DNA of 64,000 bases from NCBI GenBank assembly GCA_905479135.1, contig CAJQLJ010000043.1, positions 3,433-67,432 of the forward strand, given 5' to 3'. Positions 17,206 through 27,331 of this stretch are shown one piece after another (position 1 is the first letter of the stretch; each line of letters starts with the position of its first letter). A program made the position numbers and the translations under genes. The notes under the pieces are model-generated. The model saw only the letters and a list, made by a program, of their open reading frames with translations. It did no database searches and was not told the DNA's origin. Source of the stretch: an uncultured Campylobacterales bacterium. Its GTDB lineage: Bacteria; Campylobacterota; Campylobacteria; Campylobacterales; Arcobacteraceae.

Positions 17206-19314
17206 ATGGCAAGAAAAACTCCCCTAAACAGATTAAGAAATATTGGTATTGCTGCTCATATTGATGCAGGTAAAACTACAACAACTGAAAGAATTTTATT
17301 CTATACAGGTGTTGAACATAAAATCGGTGAAGTTCATGATGGTGCTGCTACTATGGATTGGATGGAACAAGAGCAAGAAAGAGGTATTACAATTACTTCT
17401 GCTGCTACAACTTGTCACTGGAAACACCCAAAGACTAACGATGATTTAATGATCAATATTATTGATACTCCAGGTCACGTTGACTTTACTATTGAAGTTG
17501 AAAGATCTATGAGAGTACTTGATGGTGCTGTTGCAGTATTCTGTTCAGTTGGTGGGGTTCAACCACAATCTGAAACAGTTTGGAGACAAGCTAACAAGTA
17601 TAGAGTTCCAAGAATGATTTTTGTTAATAAAATGGATAGAACTGGAGCAGATTTCTTTAATGTTGAAGAACAAGTTAATACTAGACTTAAATCTAATGCT
17701 ATTCCTATTCAAATTCCTATTGGAGCTGAAGAAAACTTCCAAGGTGTAGTTGATTTAGTTACAATGAAAGCTATAGTTTGGGATCAAGATGCTGCAATGG
17801 GTTCTAATTATCATGTTGAAGAAATTCCTGCTGATTTATTAGAAACTGCTACAACTTATAGAGAACAAATGGTTGAAGCTGCTGCTGAAGCTGACGATGA
17901 GTTAATGGAAAAATACCTTGAAGGTGTTGAATTAACTGAAGATGAGATCGTTGGAGGTCTTAAGAAAGGTTGTCTTAATATGACAATTACTCCAATGACT
18001 TGTGGTACTGCATTTAAAAATAAAGGTGTTCAAACATTACTTGACGCAGTTGCAATGTATTTACCATCTCCATTAGAAGTTGAAGATATTAAAGGTGAAA
18101 CACAAGATGGTGAACCTGTAATTGTACCTTCTACTGATGATGGTGAAGTTGCTGGACTTGCATTCAAAATTATGACAGATCCATTTGTTGGACAATTAAC
18201 TTTCACAAGAATCTATAGAGGTGTTCTTAAGTCTGGTACTTATGTTATGAACTCAACTAAGATGAAAAAAGAAAGAATCGGAAGACTTCTTAAGATGCAT
18301 GCAATCAAAAGAGAAGAAGTTAACGAATTATATGCTGGAGAAATTGGTGCAGTTGTTGGTTTAAAAACTACAATCACTGGTGATACATTAGCATCTTCTG
18401 AAGATCCAGTTATCTTAGAAAGAATGGATTTCCCAGAACCAGTTATTTCTGTTGCAGTTGAGCCAAAAACTAAAGCTGACCAAGAAAAAATGGGTATTGC
18501 ATTAGGTAAATTAGCTCAAGAAGATCCATCATTTAGAGTTGCTACAGATGAAGAATCTGGACAAACTATTATTTCAGGAATGGGTGAATTACACCTTGAA
18601 ATTCTTGTTGATAGAATGAAAAGAGAATTCTCTGTTGAAGCTGAAGTTGGTGCTCCTCAAGTTGCATATAGAGAAACTATTAAAAATGCAGTTAAGCAAG
18701 AGTACAAATATGCTAAACAATCTGGTGGTAAAGGTCAATATGGTCATGTATACTTAACAATTACTCCAATGGCTTCTGATTCAGAAGAAAACTACATCTT
18801 TTCATCATCAATCAAAGGTGGATCTGTACCAAAAGAGTATGTTCCTGCTGTTGATAAAGGTTGTCAAGAAGCTATGGCTGGTGGAATACTAGCTGGTTAT
18901 CCATTAGTTAATATTGCAGTTGATTTATATGATGGTTCTTACCATGATGTAGATTCATCTGAAATGGCATTTAAACTTGCTGCTTCTATGGGATTCAAAA
19001 AAGGTTGTAGATCAGACGCTGCTCAACCTGTAATTTTAGAACCTATTATGAAAGTAGAAATTGAAACTCCTGAAGATTATATGGGAGATGTTATCGGTGA
19101 CGTTAACAAAAGAAGAGGACAAGTTCAATCTATGGATGATAGAGCTGGTGTTAAACTAGTTGTAGCAATGATTCCTTTAGCTGAAATGTTCGGTTACTCT
19201 ACAGACTTAAGATCTATGTCTCAAGGTAGAGCAACTTATTCTATGATTTTTGATAACTACATGGACGTTCCTAAGAATGTTTCTGAAGAGATCATTAAAA
19301 AAAGAAACGGTTAA
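17206..19314 (+). CDS. fusA: Elongation factor G
   Basis: [30 protein letters not shown]. Confidence 0.99.
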   Translation: MARKTPLNRLRNIGIAAHIDAGKTTTTERILFYTGVEHKIGEVHDGAATMDWMEQEQERGITITSAATTCHWKHPKTNDDLMINIIDTPGHVDFTIEVERSMRVLDGAVAVFCSVGGVQPQSETVWRQANKYRVPRMIFVNKMDRTGADFFNVEEQVNTRLKSNAIPIQIPIGAEENFQGVVDLVTMKAIVWDQDAAMGSNYHVEEIPADLLETATTYREQMVEAAAEADDELMEKYLEGVELTEDEIVGGLKKGCLNMTITPMTCGTAFKNKGVQTLLDAVAMYLPSPLEVEDIKGETQDGEPVIVPSTDDGEVAGLAFKIMTDPFVGQLTFTRIYRGVLKSGTYVMNSTKMKKERIGRLLKMHAIKREEVNELYAGEIGAVVGLKTTITGDTLASSEDPVILERMDFPEPVISVAVEPKTKADQEKMGIALGKLAQEDPSFRVATDEESGQTIISGMGELHLEILVDRMKREFSVEAEVGAPQVAYRETIKNAVKQEYKYAKQSGGKGQYGHVYLTITPMASDSEENYIFSSSIKGGSVPKEYVPAVDKGCQEAMAGGILAGYPLVNIAVDLYDGSYHDVDSSEMAFKLAASMGFKKGCRSDAAQPVILEPIMKVEIETPEDYMGDVIGDVNKRRGQVQSMDDRAGVKLVVAMIPLAEMFGYSTDLRSMSQGRATYSMIFDNYMDVPKNVSEEIIKKRNG

Positions 19315-19350
19315 TAGCTGTATATAATAATTAAATTATATTCTCTTATA

Positions 19351-19384
19351 AAAAAGCCTTGTCTTCGGATAAGGCTTTTTTTTT
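19351..19384 (+). terminator. Intrinsic terminator after fusA
   Basis: AAAAAGCCTTGTC-TTCG-GATAAGGCTTTTTTTTT (cUUCGg loop, U-tract). Confidence 0.9.
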
Positions 19385-19509
19385 GCCAAATTTTCATAAA
19401 TAAAAACTACATATTAAAATAGGGTGCTTTAAAAGTATTTATTATATAATTGATATAATACGGTAAATAAATAGACAAAAATCATTAATAGAAAGATAGA
19501 GTCATAACA

Positions 19510-20376
19510 TTGAAATTAAATAAAAACTTAGAGTTATTAACATCAATTAATAAAGCAGGAATAATATTAAGACCTTCAAGTCCAGAACTTGAGAAAGTAT
19601 TTTTTAATATAAAATCTATATTTGAAAAAAACAACATTAGCGTTTTTCTTGAAGACAACTCTGCAAATATGATTAATCAAAAAGGTTTACAATTAGATGA
19701 ATTGTGTAATAAAGTAGATTTTCTTGTTTCAGTTGGCGGGGATGGTACTTTATTATCTGTTGTTAGAAAATCATTTAATTATAATAAACCAGTCTTGGGA
19801 ATAAACTTAGGAACATTAGGTTTTTTAACTGATATCTCTATGGATGAATTAGAAGATTTCTTAAGTGATTTTAAAAATGATAATTATAAGATTGATAATA
19901 GAATGATGATAAAAGGTGCAATAAATTTAAATACTTTTGTTGCTTTTAACGATATTGTAATTTCAAGAAAATCAATTTCTTCAATGATAAAAATCAGTGC
20001 TAAAATTGACAATAAACATTTTAACTCTTATTATGGTGATGGAGTAATTGTCTCTACACCTACTGGATCAACGGCATACAATTTATCTGTAGGTGGTCCG
20101 ATTGTTTATCCATTAACAGAAGCATTTATTATAACTCCAATTGCACCCCATTCATTAACACAAAGACCTTTAGTTATGCCAGCTGATGTAGAAATTGAAT
20201 TTACAATTACTGATGCACAAGGTGCTGTTGTTCTTGTAGATGGACAAGATATTTACGAAGTTGAAGAAAATGAAACTATAAAGATCAAAATTTCTAACCA
20301 AAATGCGAAAATGATACATAGATGTCAAAGAAACTATTTTGAAGTTTTAAGTGAAAAATTAAGATGGGGAAATTAA
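19510..20376 (+). CDS. nadK: NAD kinase
   Basis: GGDGT, GINLGTLGFL, ND, STPTGSTAYNLS.GGP. Confidence 0.97.
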   Translation: MKLNKNLELLTSINKAGIILRPSSPELEKVFFNIKSIFEKNNISVFLEDNSANMINQKGLQLDELCNKVDFLVSVGGDGTLLSVVRKSFNYNKPVLGINLGTLGFLTDISMDELEDFLSDFKNDNYKIDNRMMIKGAINLNTFVAFNDIVISRKSISSMIKISAKIDNKHFNSYYGDGVIVSTPTGSTAYNLSVGGPIVYPLTEAFIITPIAPHSLTQRPLVMPADVEIEFTITDAQGAVVLVDGQDIYEVEENETIKIKISNQNAKMIHRCQRNYFEVLSEKLRWGN

Positions 20377-20380
20377 TTAT

Positions 20381-21934
20381 ATGATTAATAGAATTTATAT
20401 AAAAGATTGTTTATCTTTCAATTTGATTGATTTAGAATTCAATAAAGGTCTTAATGTATTTACAGGTCCAAGTGGTGCTGGTAAATCAATATTAATGCAA
20501 GCTATTTTATCATTATTTGCCAAAAGTGATGTAAAAGCAAATTTAGGAGAAGTATTAATTAGTAATTCAAAAATTAATAATGAGTTATATGATATTGAAG
20601 ATGATGATGATATTGTGATTAAAACTATTAAAAAAGAAAAAGTTAGATTTTTTATAAATAACCAGACTATTTCGAAGAAAAATTTAAATGTATTTTCTTC
20701 GAAATTAATTAAGCATTTAAACTTAAGAGATACTTCTGATTTTGAGAGCTCTAAACTCTTGAATTTTTTAGATAAATTATCTTTAATAAATGAAAAAAAT
20801 TTTATAAAAATTAAATCAGATTTTGATTCATCATATAGTGAACTTAAAATACTAAAGAAAGAACTAGAAAAAATTAGAAATGATGAACTTAAGGTTGAAG
20901 ACTTAAAAGAGTTTACAAAGTTTGAAATAGAAAAAATAGAAAATATAAATCCTAGTGTTGATGAATACAATGAATTGAATTTATTAAAAAGAAAACTTTC
21001 AAGGAAAGATAAAATTGAAGATTCAATTAAAATTGCATCAGATATATTGAATTACAGACAGAGTGTTTCAAATACTTTAGAATTATTAGAACTTGAATCA
21101 AGTTTTTTTGATGAAACTATGAATGAACTAAATAATATTTTTGAAAAATTTAATGATTCATTATTCGAATTAGAAGATATTGATATTGAAACTGTTTTAA
21201 CTAGAATTGAAAAACTATCAGTATTACAGAAAAGATTTGGTTCAATTGAAAAAGCTTTAGAATATAAAGAAGAAAAAAAGAAAGAACTTTTATCTTATGA
21301 TAATATTACTTTTGAAAAGGCTATTTTAGAAAAAAAAATAGCAAAGTTAACAGAAAAAGTTAATATCTTATCGAAAGAAATATCTTTTTCTAGAAGTAAA
21401 AGTTTAATAATACTTCAAAAAAAAATAAATAAATATTTAGAGTTTTTATACTTATCTAATGCAAAAATTACTCTAGAAGAAAAGAAACTAGACTTGTTTG
21501 GAATTGATGAAGTTGTATTTAAATTGAATGGTGTGAATTTAGATACTATAAGTTCAGGAGAGTACAATAGGCTAAGATTAGCATTATTAACTTCAATGAG
21601 TGAGTTTGATATAATTGAAAACGGCATTTTATTTCTCGACGAAATTGACGCAAATTTAAGTGGTAAAGAAAGTGACGCTATTGCTAATGTTCTATCAACT
21701 TTATCAAAATCATATCAAATTTTTGCAATTTCTCATCAACCACAATTAACATCAGTATCAAATCAACATTTCTTAGTAGATAAAAAAGATGGAATATCTA
21801 CAATTAATCTTCTTAATAAAGAGCAAAGAATTGAAGAAATTGCAAGAATGATTAGTGGTGAAGAAATAACATCTAATGCAATAAAATTTGCAAAAAATCT
21901 TTTAGAAAAAAATGAAAATAATTCACTTAAATAA
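20381..21934 (+). CDS. recN: DNA repair protein RecN
   Basis: Walker A GPSGAGKS, coiled coil, SSGE signature, Walker B FLDEID, ISHQPQL, RIEEIARMISG; follows nadK. Confidence 0.93.
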   Translation: MINRIYIKDCLSFNLIDLEFNKGLNVFTGPSGAGKSILMQAILSLFAKSDVKANLGEVLISNSKINNELYDIEDDDDIVIKTIKKEKVRFFINNQTISKKNLNVFSSKLIKHLNLRDTSDFESSKLLNFLDKLSLINEKNFIKIKSDFDSSYSELKILKKELEKIRNDELKVEDLKEFTKFEIEKIENINPSVDEYNELNLLKRKLSRKDKIEDSIKIASDILNYRQSVSNTLELLELESSFFDETMNELNNIFEKFNDSLFELEDIDIETVLTRIEKLSVLQKRFGSIEKALEYKEEKKKELLSYDNITFEKAILEKKIAKLTEKVNILSKEISFSRSKSLIILQKKINKYLEFLYLSNAKITLEEKKLDLFGIDEVVFKLNGVNLDTISSGEYNRLRLALLTSMSEFDIIENGILFLDEIDANLSGKESDAIANVLSTLSKSYQIFAISHQPQLTSVSNQHFLVDKKDGISTINLLNKEQRIEEIARMISGEEITSNAIKFAKNLLEKNENNSLK

Positions 21935-22212
21935 ATTTTTACCAAAATTTATTTAAAGAATTAGATAAACCACTTTATTATATAAACTACTGTATATAAG
22001 TTATTTATAAGAATAAAAATATAAATATAAGCAAAATTTAACTTTTTTATAAGTAAACTCTATATTAATTTTTATTATAAATGTTTAACAAATTTAAAAG
22101 TATAAAATAAGTATAATTAATACTGTCGATTTTAGTTTTAATTAAGATATTAAAACTATAATTATATGTTTTAGTTGGTAATTTTGAGTACCAAAGCAAA
22201 TGAGGAGAGAAA

Positions 22213-23538
22213 ATGACTAAAATTAGTAAAAATTCTGATAAAAGTTTAAAGTCAAACTCTGTAGAGCAATCTAGTAGAAGAGACTTTTTTAAAAAAACAG
22301 CAATTTATTCTGCTAGTGCTTTAACTGCAGCATCAGTTATTGCGCCAATAAAATTAAAAGCCGATGATGAAAATATAACTAAGCATGTTGAATGGGGAAC
22401 TAAACTTGGTGATAAAGTTGATAAAAATTTATATGGTATCCCTTCACCTTATGAACACAATAATATAAGACGTATACATGATTTATTATCTTCAGGTGAT
22501 AGACATGCTACTGTATCAATGTCACCATTACATCAACAAGAAGGTATTATTACACCAAATGGTTTATTCTTTACAAGAAATCATGGTGGTACTGCACATA
22601 TTGATCCTAGCAAATTCAGATTGATGATTCATGGTTTAGTAGAAAAACCAATTGTTTTAACATTAGAGCAATTAAAAAGATATCCATCAGAATCTAGAAT
22701 TCACTTTATCGAGTGTCCAGCAAATGGATCTACTGGATGGAGAGGACCACAATTCAATAATTTACAATTTGTAAAAGGTATGATGAGTTCTGCTGAATGG
22801 ACTGGAGTAAAACTTAGTGTTTTATTAGAGGACTTAGGTATAAAACCTGAAGCACAATGGGCATTAATTGAAGGTAGTGATAACTCTGAAATGGGAAGAA
22901 CAATTCCAATTGAAAAGATTTTAGATGATGCAATGCTTGTTTGGGGACAAAATGGTGAACCATTAAGACCAGAACAAGGTTATCCAGTTAGATTACTAGT
23001 ACCAGGTTGGGAAGGTAATTTAAATGTTAAATGGGTTAAAAGAATAGAATTTTCTGATAAACCATGGCATGCAAAAGAAGAAACATCTAAGTATACAATG
23101 TTACAACCAAGTGGAAAGGCGATTAATTTCTTCTGGCCTATGGAAGTAAACTCAATTATAACTTCACCATGTCCTGAAGTTCCATGGACTGATCTTAAAA
23201 AAGGTGATTTAGTTGAAATTGGTGGAATAGCATGGTCAGGAAGAGGTACAGTTAAAACTGTTGATATCTCACTTGATGGTGGAAAGAATTGGGTTGAAGC
23301 TGAATTAAAAGGTTTAGTACTTCCTAAATCTTGGACAAGATTCTCTTATATTATTAAATGGGATGGAAAGAAGAAAGTTCTGTTATCTCGTGCAATTGAT
23401 GATTCTGGACATATTCAACCTTCAATTGATAAGTTAATTGAGAATGTTGGAGTTGAAGGTATTTATCATAGAAATCCTATCGTTGGATGGGAAGTTACAT
23501 CAAAAGGAGTTGTAAATAATGTTCATGTTAGATCTTAA
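22213..23538 (+). CDS. soxC: Sulfane dehydrogenase molybdoprotein SoxC
   Basis: Tat motif SRRDFFK; GIITPNGLFF.R.H, Mo-ligand ECPAN, LRPEQGYPVRL; sulfite-oxidase fold; heads the sox cluster. Confidence 0.95.
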   Translation: MTKISKNSDKSLKSNSVEQSSRRDFFKKTAIYSASALTAASVIAPIKLKADDENITKHVEWGTKLGDKVDKNLYGIPSPYEHNNIRRIHDLLSSGDRHATVSMSPLHQQEGIITPNGLFFTRNHGGTAHIDPSKFRLMIHGLVEKPIVLTLEQLKRYPSESRIHFIECPANGSTGWRGPQFNNLQFVKGMMSSAEWTGVKLSVLLEDLGIKPEAQWALIEGSDNSEMGRTIPIEKILDDAMLVWGQNGEPLRPEQGYPVRLLVPGWEGNLNVKWVKRIEFSDKPWHAKEETSKYTMLQPSGKAINFFWPMEVNSIITSPCPEVPWTDLKKGDLVEIGGIAWSGRGTVKTVDISLDGGKNWVEAELKGLVLPKSWTRFSYIIKWDGKKKVLLSRAIDDSGHIQPSIDKLIENVGVEGIYHRNPIVGWEVTSKGVVNNVHVRS

Positions 23539-24589
23539 AAAATCATTATTAGCTGTTAGTGTTATATCTACACTTGTATTAACTAATGCAGCTGCTGCAG
23601 AAAAGAAAAATATTGATGGTGCTGTTATGTATCCTGTAAAAAATGGGATGTATACAGACTATGCAGTTAATGAGCAAAAGAAAGAAGGTTTCAGTGGGCA
23701 TGGTAGAATGCCAACTGCAAATGAAATTAAAGCCTGGGATACAGATGTAATGCCAGATGGACATGGTTTACCAGTTGGTGAAGGTTCAGTTGAGTTTGGT
23801 GATGAATTATACGAAGCTCAATGTTCTATGTGTCACGGAGACTTTGGGGCTGGTGGAGTAGGTGGTTATCCTTCTTTATCTGGTGGTCAAGGTTCTTTAA
23901 AAAATCAATTAGGTTTAGAAGGTACTGAAGGTCCAAGAAAGACAATTGGTTCTTATTGGCCGTATGCAAGTACACTTTTTTGGTATATCAAAACTGCTAT
24001 GCCTTACACTAACCCTAAATCACTTTCAGATAATGAAGTTTATGCAATTACTGCATACTTACTATATGTAAATGGAATTAAGGCAAACGGTGTAGAAATT
24101 GACGATGAATTTGTTTTAAGTAATGAAAACTTTATGGATGTTAAAATGAATAATCCTGATGGTTTTTATCCAGTTCATCCAGATAGAAATGACTTAAAAG
24201 AGCAAAGAGGACCACTAGCACAAGGTGTTAGATGTATGACAAATTGTGAACAACCAGAACCAATTAGTATCATGGCTGAAATTGACACTGGATTTTATCC
24301 TGCAATTAGTACAGAAAAAAGCTTGCCAAAAGTTACAGAATCTGCTATTGTTTCAAAAGCTGCAATAACTTACGAAGCTAGCTGTAGTGCATGTCATGCA
24401 AATGCTGCAATTGGTGCACCGGTTCTTGGAGATAAGGAAGCCTGGGCTGAAGTTGTTGCAAAAGGTATTGATCAAGTTTATGCAAACGCATTAAATGGTA
24501 TAAATGCTATGCCTGCCAAAGGTGGAGCAGATATATCTGAAGAAGAACTTAACGAAGTTGTTGATTATATGATCAACGCTAGTAAATAA
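23519..24589 (+). CDS. soxD: Di-heme cytochrome c SoxD
   Basis: WD.DVMPDG.GLP.G.G, CSMCH, TIGSYWPYASTL; second heme CSACH in a C-terminal c5-like domain. Confidence 0.93.
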   Translation: MFMLDLKKSLLAVSVISTLVLTNAAAAEKKNIDGAVMYPVKNGMYTDYAVNEQKKEGFSGHGRMPTANEIKAWDTDVMPDGHGLPVGEGSVEFGDELYEAQCSMCHGDFGAGGVGGYPSLSGGQGSLKNQLGLEGTEGPRKTIGSYWPYASTLFWYIKTAMPYTNPKSLSDNEVYAITAYLLYVNGIKANGVEIDDEFVLSNENFMDVKMNNPDGFYPVHPDRNDLKEQRGPLAQGVRCMTNCEQPEPISIMAEIDTGFYPAISTEKSLPKVTESAIVSKAAITYEASCSACHANAAIGAPVLGDKEAWAEVVAKGIDQVYANALNGINAMPAKGGADISEEELNEVVDYMINASK

Positions 24590-24605
24590 ATAAAAAGGAA
24601 AACTA

Positions 24606-24956
24606 ATGAGATTAGCAAAAAGTTTACTAATAGCGTCAGCTATTAGTGGTTTAGTGGCGACAAGTAGTTTAGCAGGAGATGATTTAGTTAAACAAGGTGA
24701 AAAAATTTTTATGACTAAAAGTTTAGGTAACTGTTTAGCTTGTCATGCTGCAAATGGTAAGAATGTAGATGGACCTGGAAGTATGGGACCAAATTTACAA
24801 GCTTTACAATATTGGCCAGATGAGGCATTATATCAAAAAATATATAACCCATACACAACTAATCCAATTTCAGCAATGCCTGCATTTGGTAAAAATGGTT
24901 GGTTAAGTGATTCACAAATTAAAGCAGTAGTTGCTTATTTAAAAACAATTAAATAA
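24606..24956 (+). CDS. soxX: SoxX cytochrome c
   Basis: Signal peptide, GNCLACH, G.MGP.L, MPAFG. Confidence 0.95.
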   Translation: MRLAKSLLIASAISGLVATSSLAGDDLVKQGEKIFMTKSLGNCLACHAANGKNVDGPGSMGPNLQALQYWPDEALYQKIYNPYTTNPISAMPAFGKNGWLSDSQIKAVVAYLKTIK

Positions 24957-24974
24957 TATTAAAAAGGAAATAAA

Positions 24975-25424
24975 ATGAATAGAAGAAATTTTTTAAGCTT
25001 AGGACTAGGTGCATTAGCAGTTTCAATGGCACCATCAACTTTAAGTGCAATTAACTTTAGAGATACAAAACCAAAAGCATGGACTGCAACAAAAGTAGAT
25101 GAAGCAATTAATGAGATTTTTGGTAGTTCAAAACTTTCTGAAGGTAAAATTAAATTAAAAGCTCCAGATATTGCAGAAAATGGTGCAGTTATTCCTGTAA
25201 CAGTTTCAACAAAATTAAATGCTAAAACAGTAGCAATCTTCCAAGATGCTAACCCTGAAACTGCAGTTGCTGTGTTTACTGTTCCTGAAAATGGAATTAT
25301 TGACTATTCAGTAAGAATCAAAATGGCTAAAACAGGTACAGTTACAGTTGTAGCTGATGTAGATGGAAAATTAGTTTCAGCTTCAAAACTTGTAAAAGTT
25401 ACAATTGGTGGATGTGGAGGTTGA
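24975..25424 (+). CDS. soxY: Sulfur carrier protein SoxY
   Basis: Tat NRRNFL; APDIAENGAVIP; C-terminal VKVTIGGCGG swinging arm. Confidence 0.99.
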   Translation: MNRRNFLSLGLGALAVSMAPSTLSAINFRDTKPKAWTATKVDEAINEIFGSSKLSEGKIKLKAPDIAENGAVIPVTVSTKLNAKTVAIFQDANPETAVAVFTVPENGIIDYSVRIKMAKTGTVTVVADVDGKLVSASKLVKVTIGGCGG

Positions 25425-25491
25425 TTTAATTCAACACCTGTATAAATATTAATAAATTAAATAATGAATAGAAAATAAAAGGAAAATTATT

Positions 25492-25797
25492 ATGGCAAAA
25501 AAAACTAGAATTAAAGCAAAACTAAAAAAAGGTATTGTTACTGTTAAGGCATTAGCTTCTCATGCAATGTTAAGTTATCAAGAAGCTGAAAGAGCTAAAA
25601 AAGAAGTTAACTTTATTACTTATATAGTAGCAAAAGTTAATGATAAAATTGTTTATGAACTATCTTCTAGCCAATTCTTATCAAAAAATCCATACATGAA
25701 ATTTCAATTTAGAGGTGCTGAAAAAGGTGACAAAATTGAATTAACATGGACAGATTTAAAAGGTGTAACTCAAGTAAGTTCAGCAAAAATTAAATAA
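25492..25797 (+). CDS. soxZ: SoxZ
   Basis: VKAL.SH.M, SKNPY.KF, W.D.KG; no signal peptide; follows soxY. Confidence 0.96.
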   Translation: MAKKTRIKAKLKKGIVTVKALASHAMLSYQEAERAKKEVNFITYIVAKVNDKIVYELSSSQFLSKNPYMKFQFRGAEKGDKIELTWTDLKGVTQVSSAKIK

Positions 25798-25834
25798 TTA
25801 CTTAATTGTAATTAACAAAATCTAAGGAGAGATC

Positions 25835-26770
25835 ATGTTATTTAAAATTGTAAAAGCTACAGCTTTAGCAGCATTAGTTACTAGTGCAGCAGTTGCTGGA
25901 GATTATAACAAACAAGCAGAAAAAGATAGAGAGGGTATAGTTAAATATTTTGAAACAAAATTTTCAGACCCTGAAAAAAATAAGAATACATTTTTCCCAT
26001 ATTCAACTGATGATGAATTAAAAAATAACTTTATCAAAAATGTTAAGGGTGATGAGTTTTCTAAAGGTGGTTATTCATTTTCTAAAAATGGTAGATTATC
26101 TTATGATGAAATTAAAGAATTTCCACCAACAGAAGAATTTGTAGAGAAAGGTGAAGCTTTATTTAATAAACCTTTTGCAAATGGAAAATCATTTAAAAAT
26201 TGTTTCCCTGATACTACTGTTGCTGGTGAATATCCATTTTATGATGAAAAAAGAAGCCAAGTTATTACTTTAACTCAAGCTATCAATGAATGTTTAACTT
26301 CAAATGGTGAAAAGAAATTTAAAACTACTAAAGGTAAAATGGCTCATTTACAAGCATACATAGCTCAAGAGAGTACTGATGCTGAAAAAAGAATGGACAT
26401 TAAAATTGAAAGTAAAGCAGCAGCTGAAGCTTATGAAAAAGGTAAAGAATATTACTTTACTCAAAGAGGATATTTAAATCTTTCTTGTGCAACTTGTCAT
26501 ATTCAAGGTTCTGGACAAAGAGTTAGAAATGAATCTTTATCACCAGGGTTAGGACATGCTACACACTTCCCAGTATACAGATTAAAATGGGCAGCTGGTA
26601 AAGCTGACAATGATGGTTTAGGTACATTAGAGAGAAGAATGTCTGGATGTATTAAAGATGCTGGTCAAGTTCCACCAAAAAATACTTCAGAAACAATGAA
26701 AGAATTATTATATTTTATGGCATACATATCAAATGGGTTACCAGTTGATGGTCCAGATATTAGAAAGTAA
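25835..26770 (+). CDS. soxA: SoxA (mono-heme type)
   Basis: RG.LN.SCATCH, HFPVYRLKW, RRMSGC active-site Cys, DGP..RK C-terminus. Confidence 0.96.
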   Translation: MLFKIVKATALAALVTSAAVAGDYNKQAEKDREGIVKYFETKFSDPEKNKNTFFPYSTDDELKNNFIKNVKGDEFSKGGYSFSKNGRLSYDEIKEFPPTEEFVEKGEALFNKPFANGKSFKNCFPDTTVAGEYPFYDEKRSQVITLTQAINECLTSNGEKKFKTTKGKMAHLQAYIAQESTDAEKRMDIKIESKAAAEAYEKGKEYYFTQRGYLNLSCATCHIQGSGQRVRNESLSPGLGHATHFPVYRLKWAAGKADNDGLGTLERRMSGCIKDAGQVPPKNTSETMKELLYFMAYISNGLPVDGPDIRK

Positions 26771-26781
26771 AGGTGAAAATT

Positions 26782-27243
26782 ATGAAAAAAATATTAAACT
26801 TATCATTAGTTAGTGTTGCAGCTTTTGCTTTATTAACAGGATGTACTACATCTAAAGAACTTGGAACAGCTAGTACTGGTGCAGAAAATAACAAATATTC
26901 TAAAATTGATGTTGAAAAAGTTTGTAATGTTAGTACTAACGGAATTTCTGATGTTATTAATACAGCAAAGATTTATAATGTTATTGCTATTGAGAAAAAT
27001 TTAGAATTCAGAAGATTAACTGTTAATAATTCAGGATTAATTGCATCTGTTGAAGAAGCAATTAAAACAAATGCTAAACAAGTTAATCCTAAGAATTTTA
27101 AAGGTAAAACTTCAAAAACTAAATTAGAAACTAATTTCGCAGCTCACAGAGCTTGTAAATTTGCTATTAGAGCATTACAACAAGCTGAAGAAGCTAAATC
27201 TTCTTGGAGATTAGCTATTCCAGGTGACGGTTATAAGTACTAG
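26782..27243 (+). CDS. Hypothetical lipoprotein in the sox cluster
   Basis: MKKILN...LLTGC lipobox and two further Cys. ATG at 26782 (GTG at 26773 is an alternative start). Confidence 0.8.
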   Translation: MKKILNLSLVSVAAFALLTGCTTSKELGTASTGAENNKYSKIDVEKVCNVSTNGISDVINTAKIYNVIAIEKNLEFRRLTVNNSGLIASVEEAIKTNAKQVNPKNFKGKTSKTKLETNFAAHRACKFAIRALQQAEEAKSSWRLAIPGDGYKY

Positions 27244-27276
27244 TTTAAAGTATTTGTAAATATTACATTCAAAAAC

Positions 27277-27310
27277 AAAAAAGTCAAGAGTAATACTTGG
27301 CTTTTTTTTT
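27277..27310 (+). terminator. Intrinsic terminator inside the sox cluster
   Basis: AAGTCAAG-agtaata-CTTGGCTT followed by a long T-run. Confidence 0.7.
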
Positions 27311-27331
27311 ACTAAAATAAAAGGAATTAAA

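Noticed and set aside
19314-19510. Absence of tuf after fusA
   Set aside because: Normal for Campylobacterota; tuf lies upstream of rpmG at the start of the window.
21417-21425. A9 tract in recN and other A/T homopolymers as phase-variation sites
   Set aside because: Expected in such AT-rich DNA; frames are intact and no poly-G/C tracts were seen.
25410-25445. TGA after SoxY GGCGG with a small downstream hairpin, as possible selenocysteine recoding
   Set aside because: GGCGG is the canonical SoxY C-terminus, so TGA is the true stop; no convincing SECIS.
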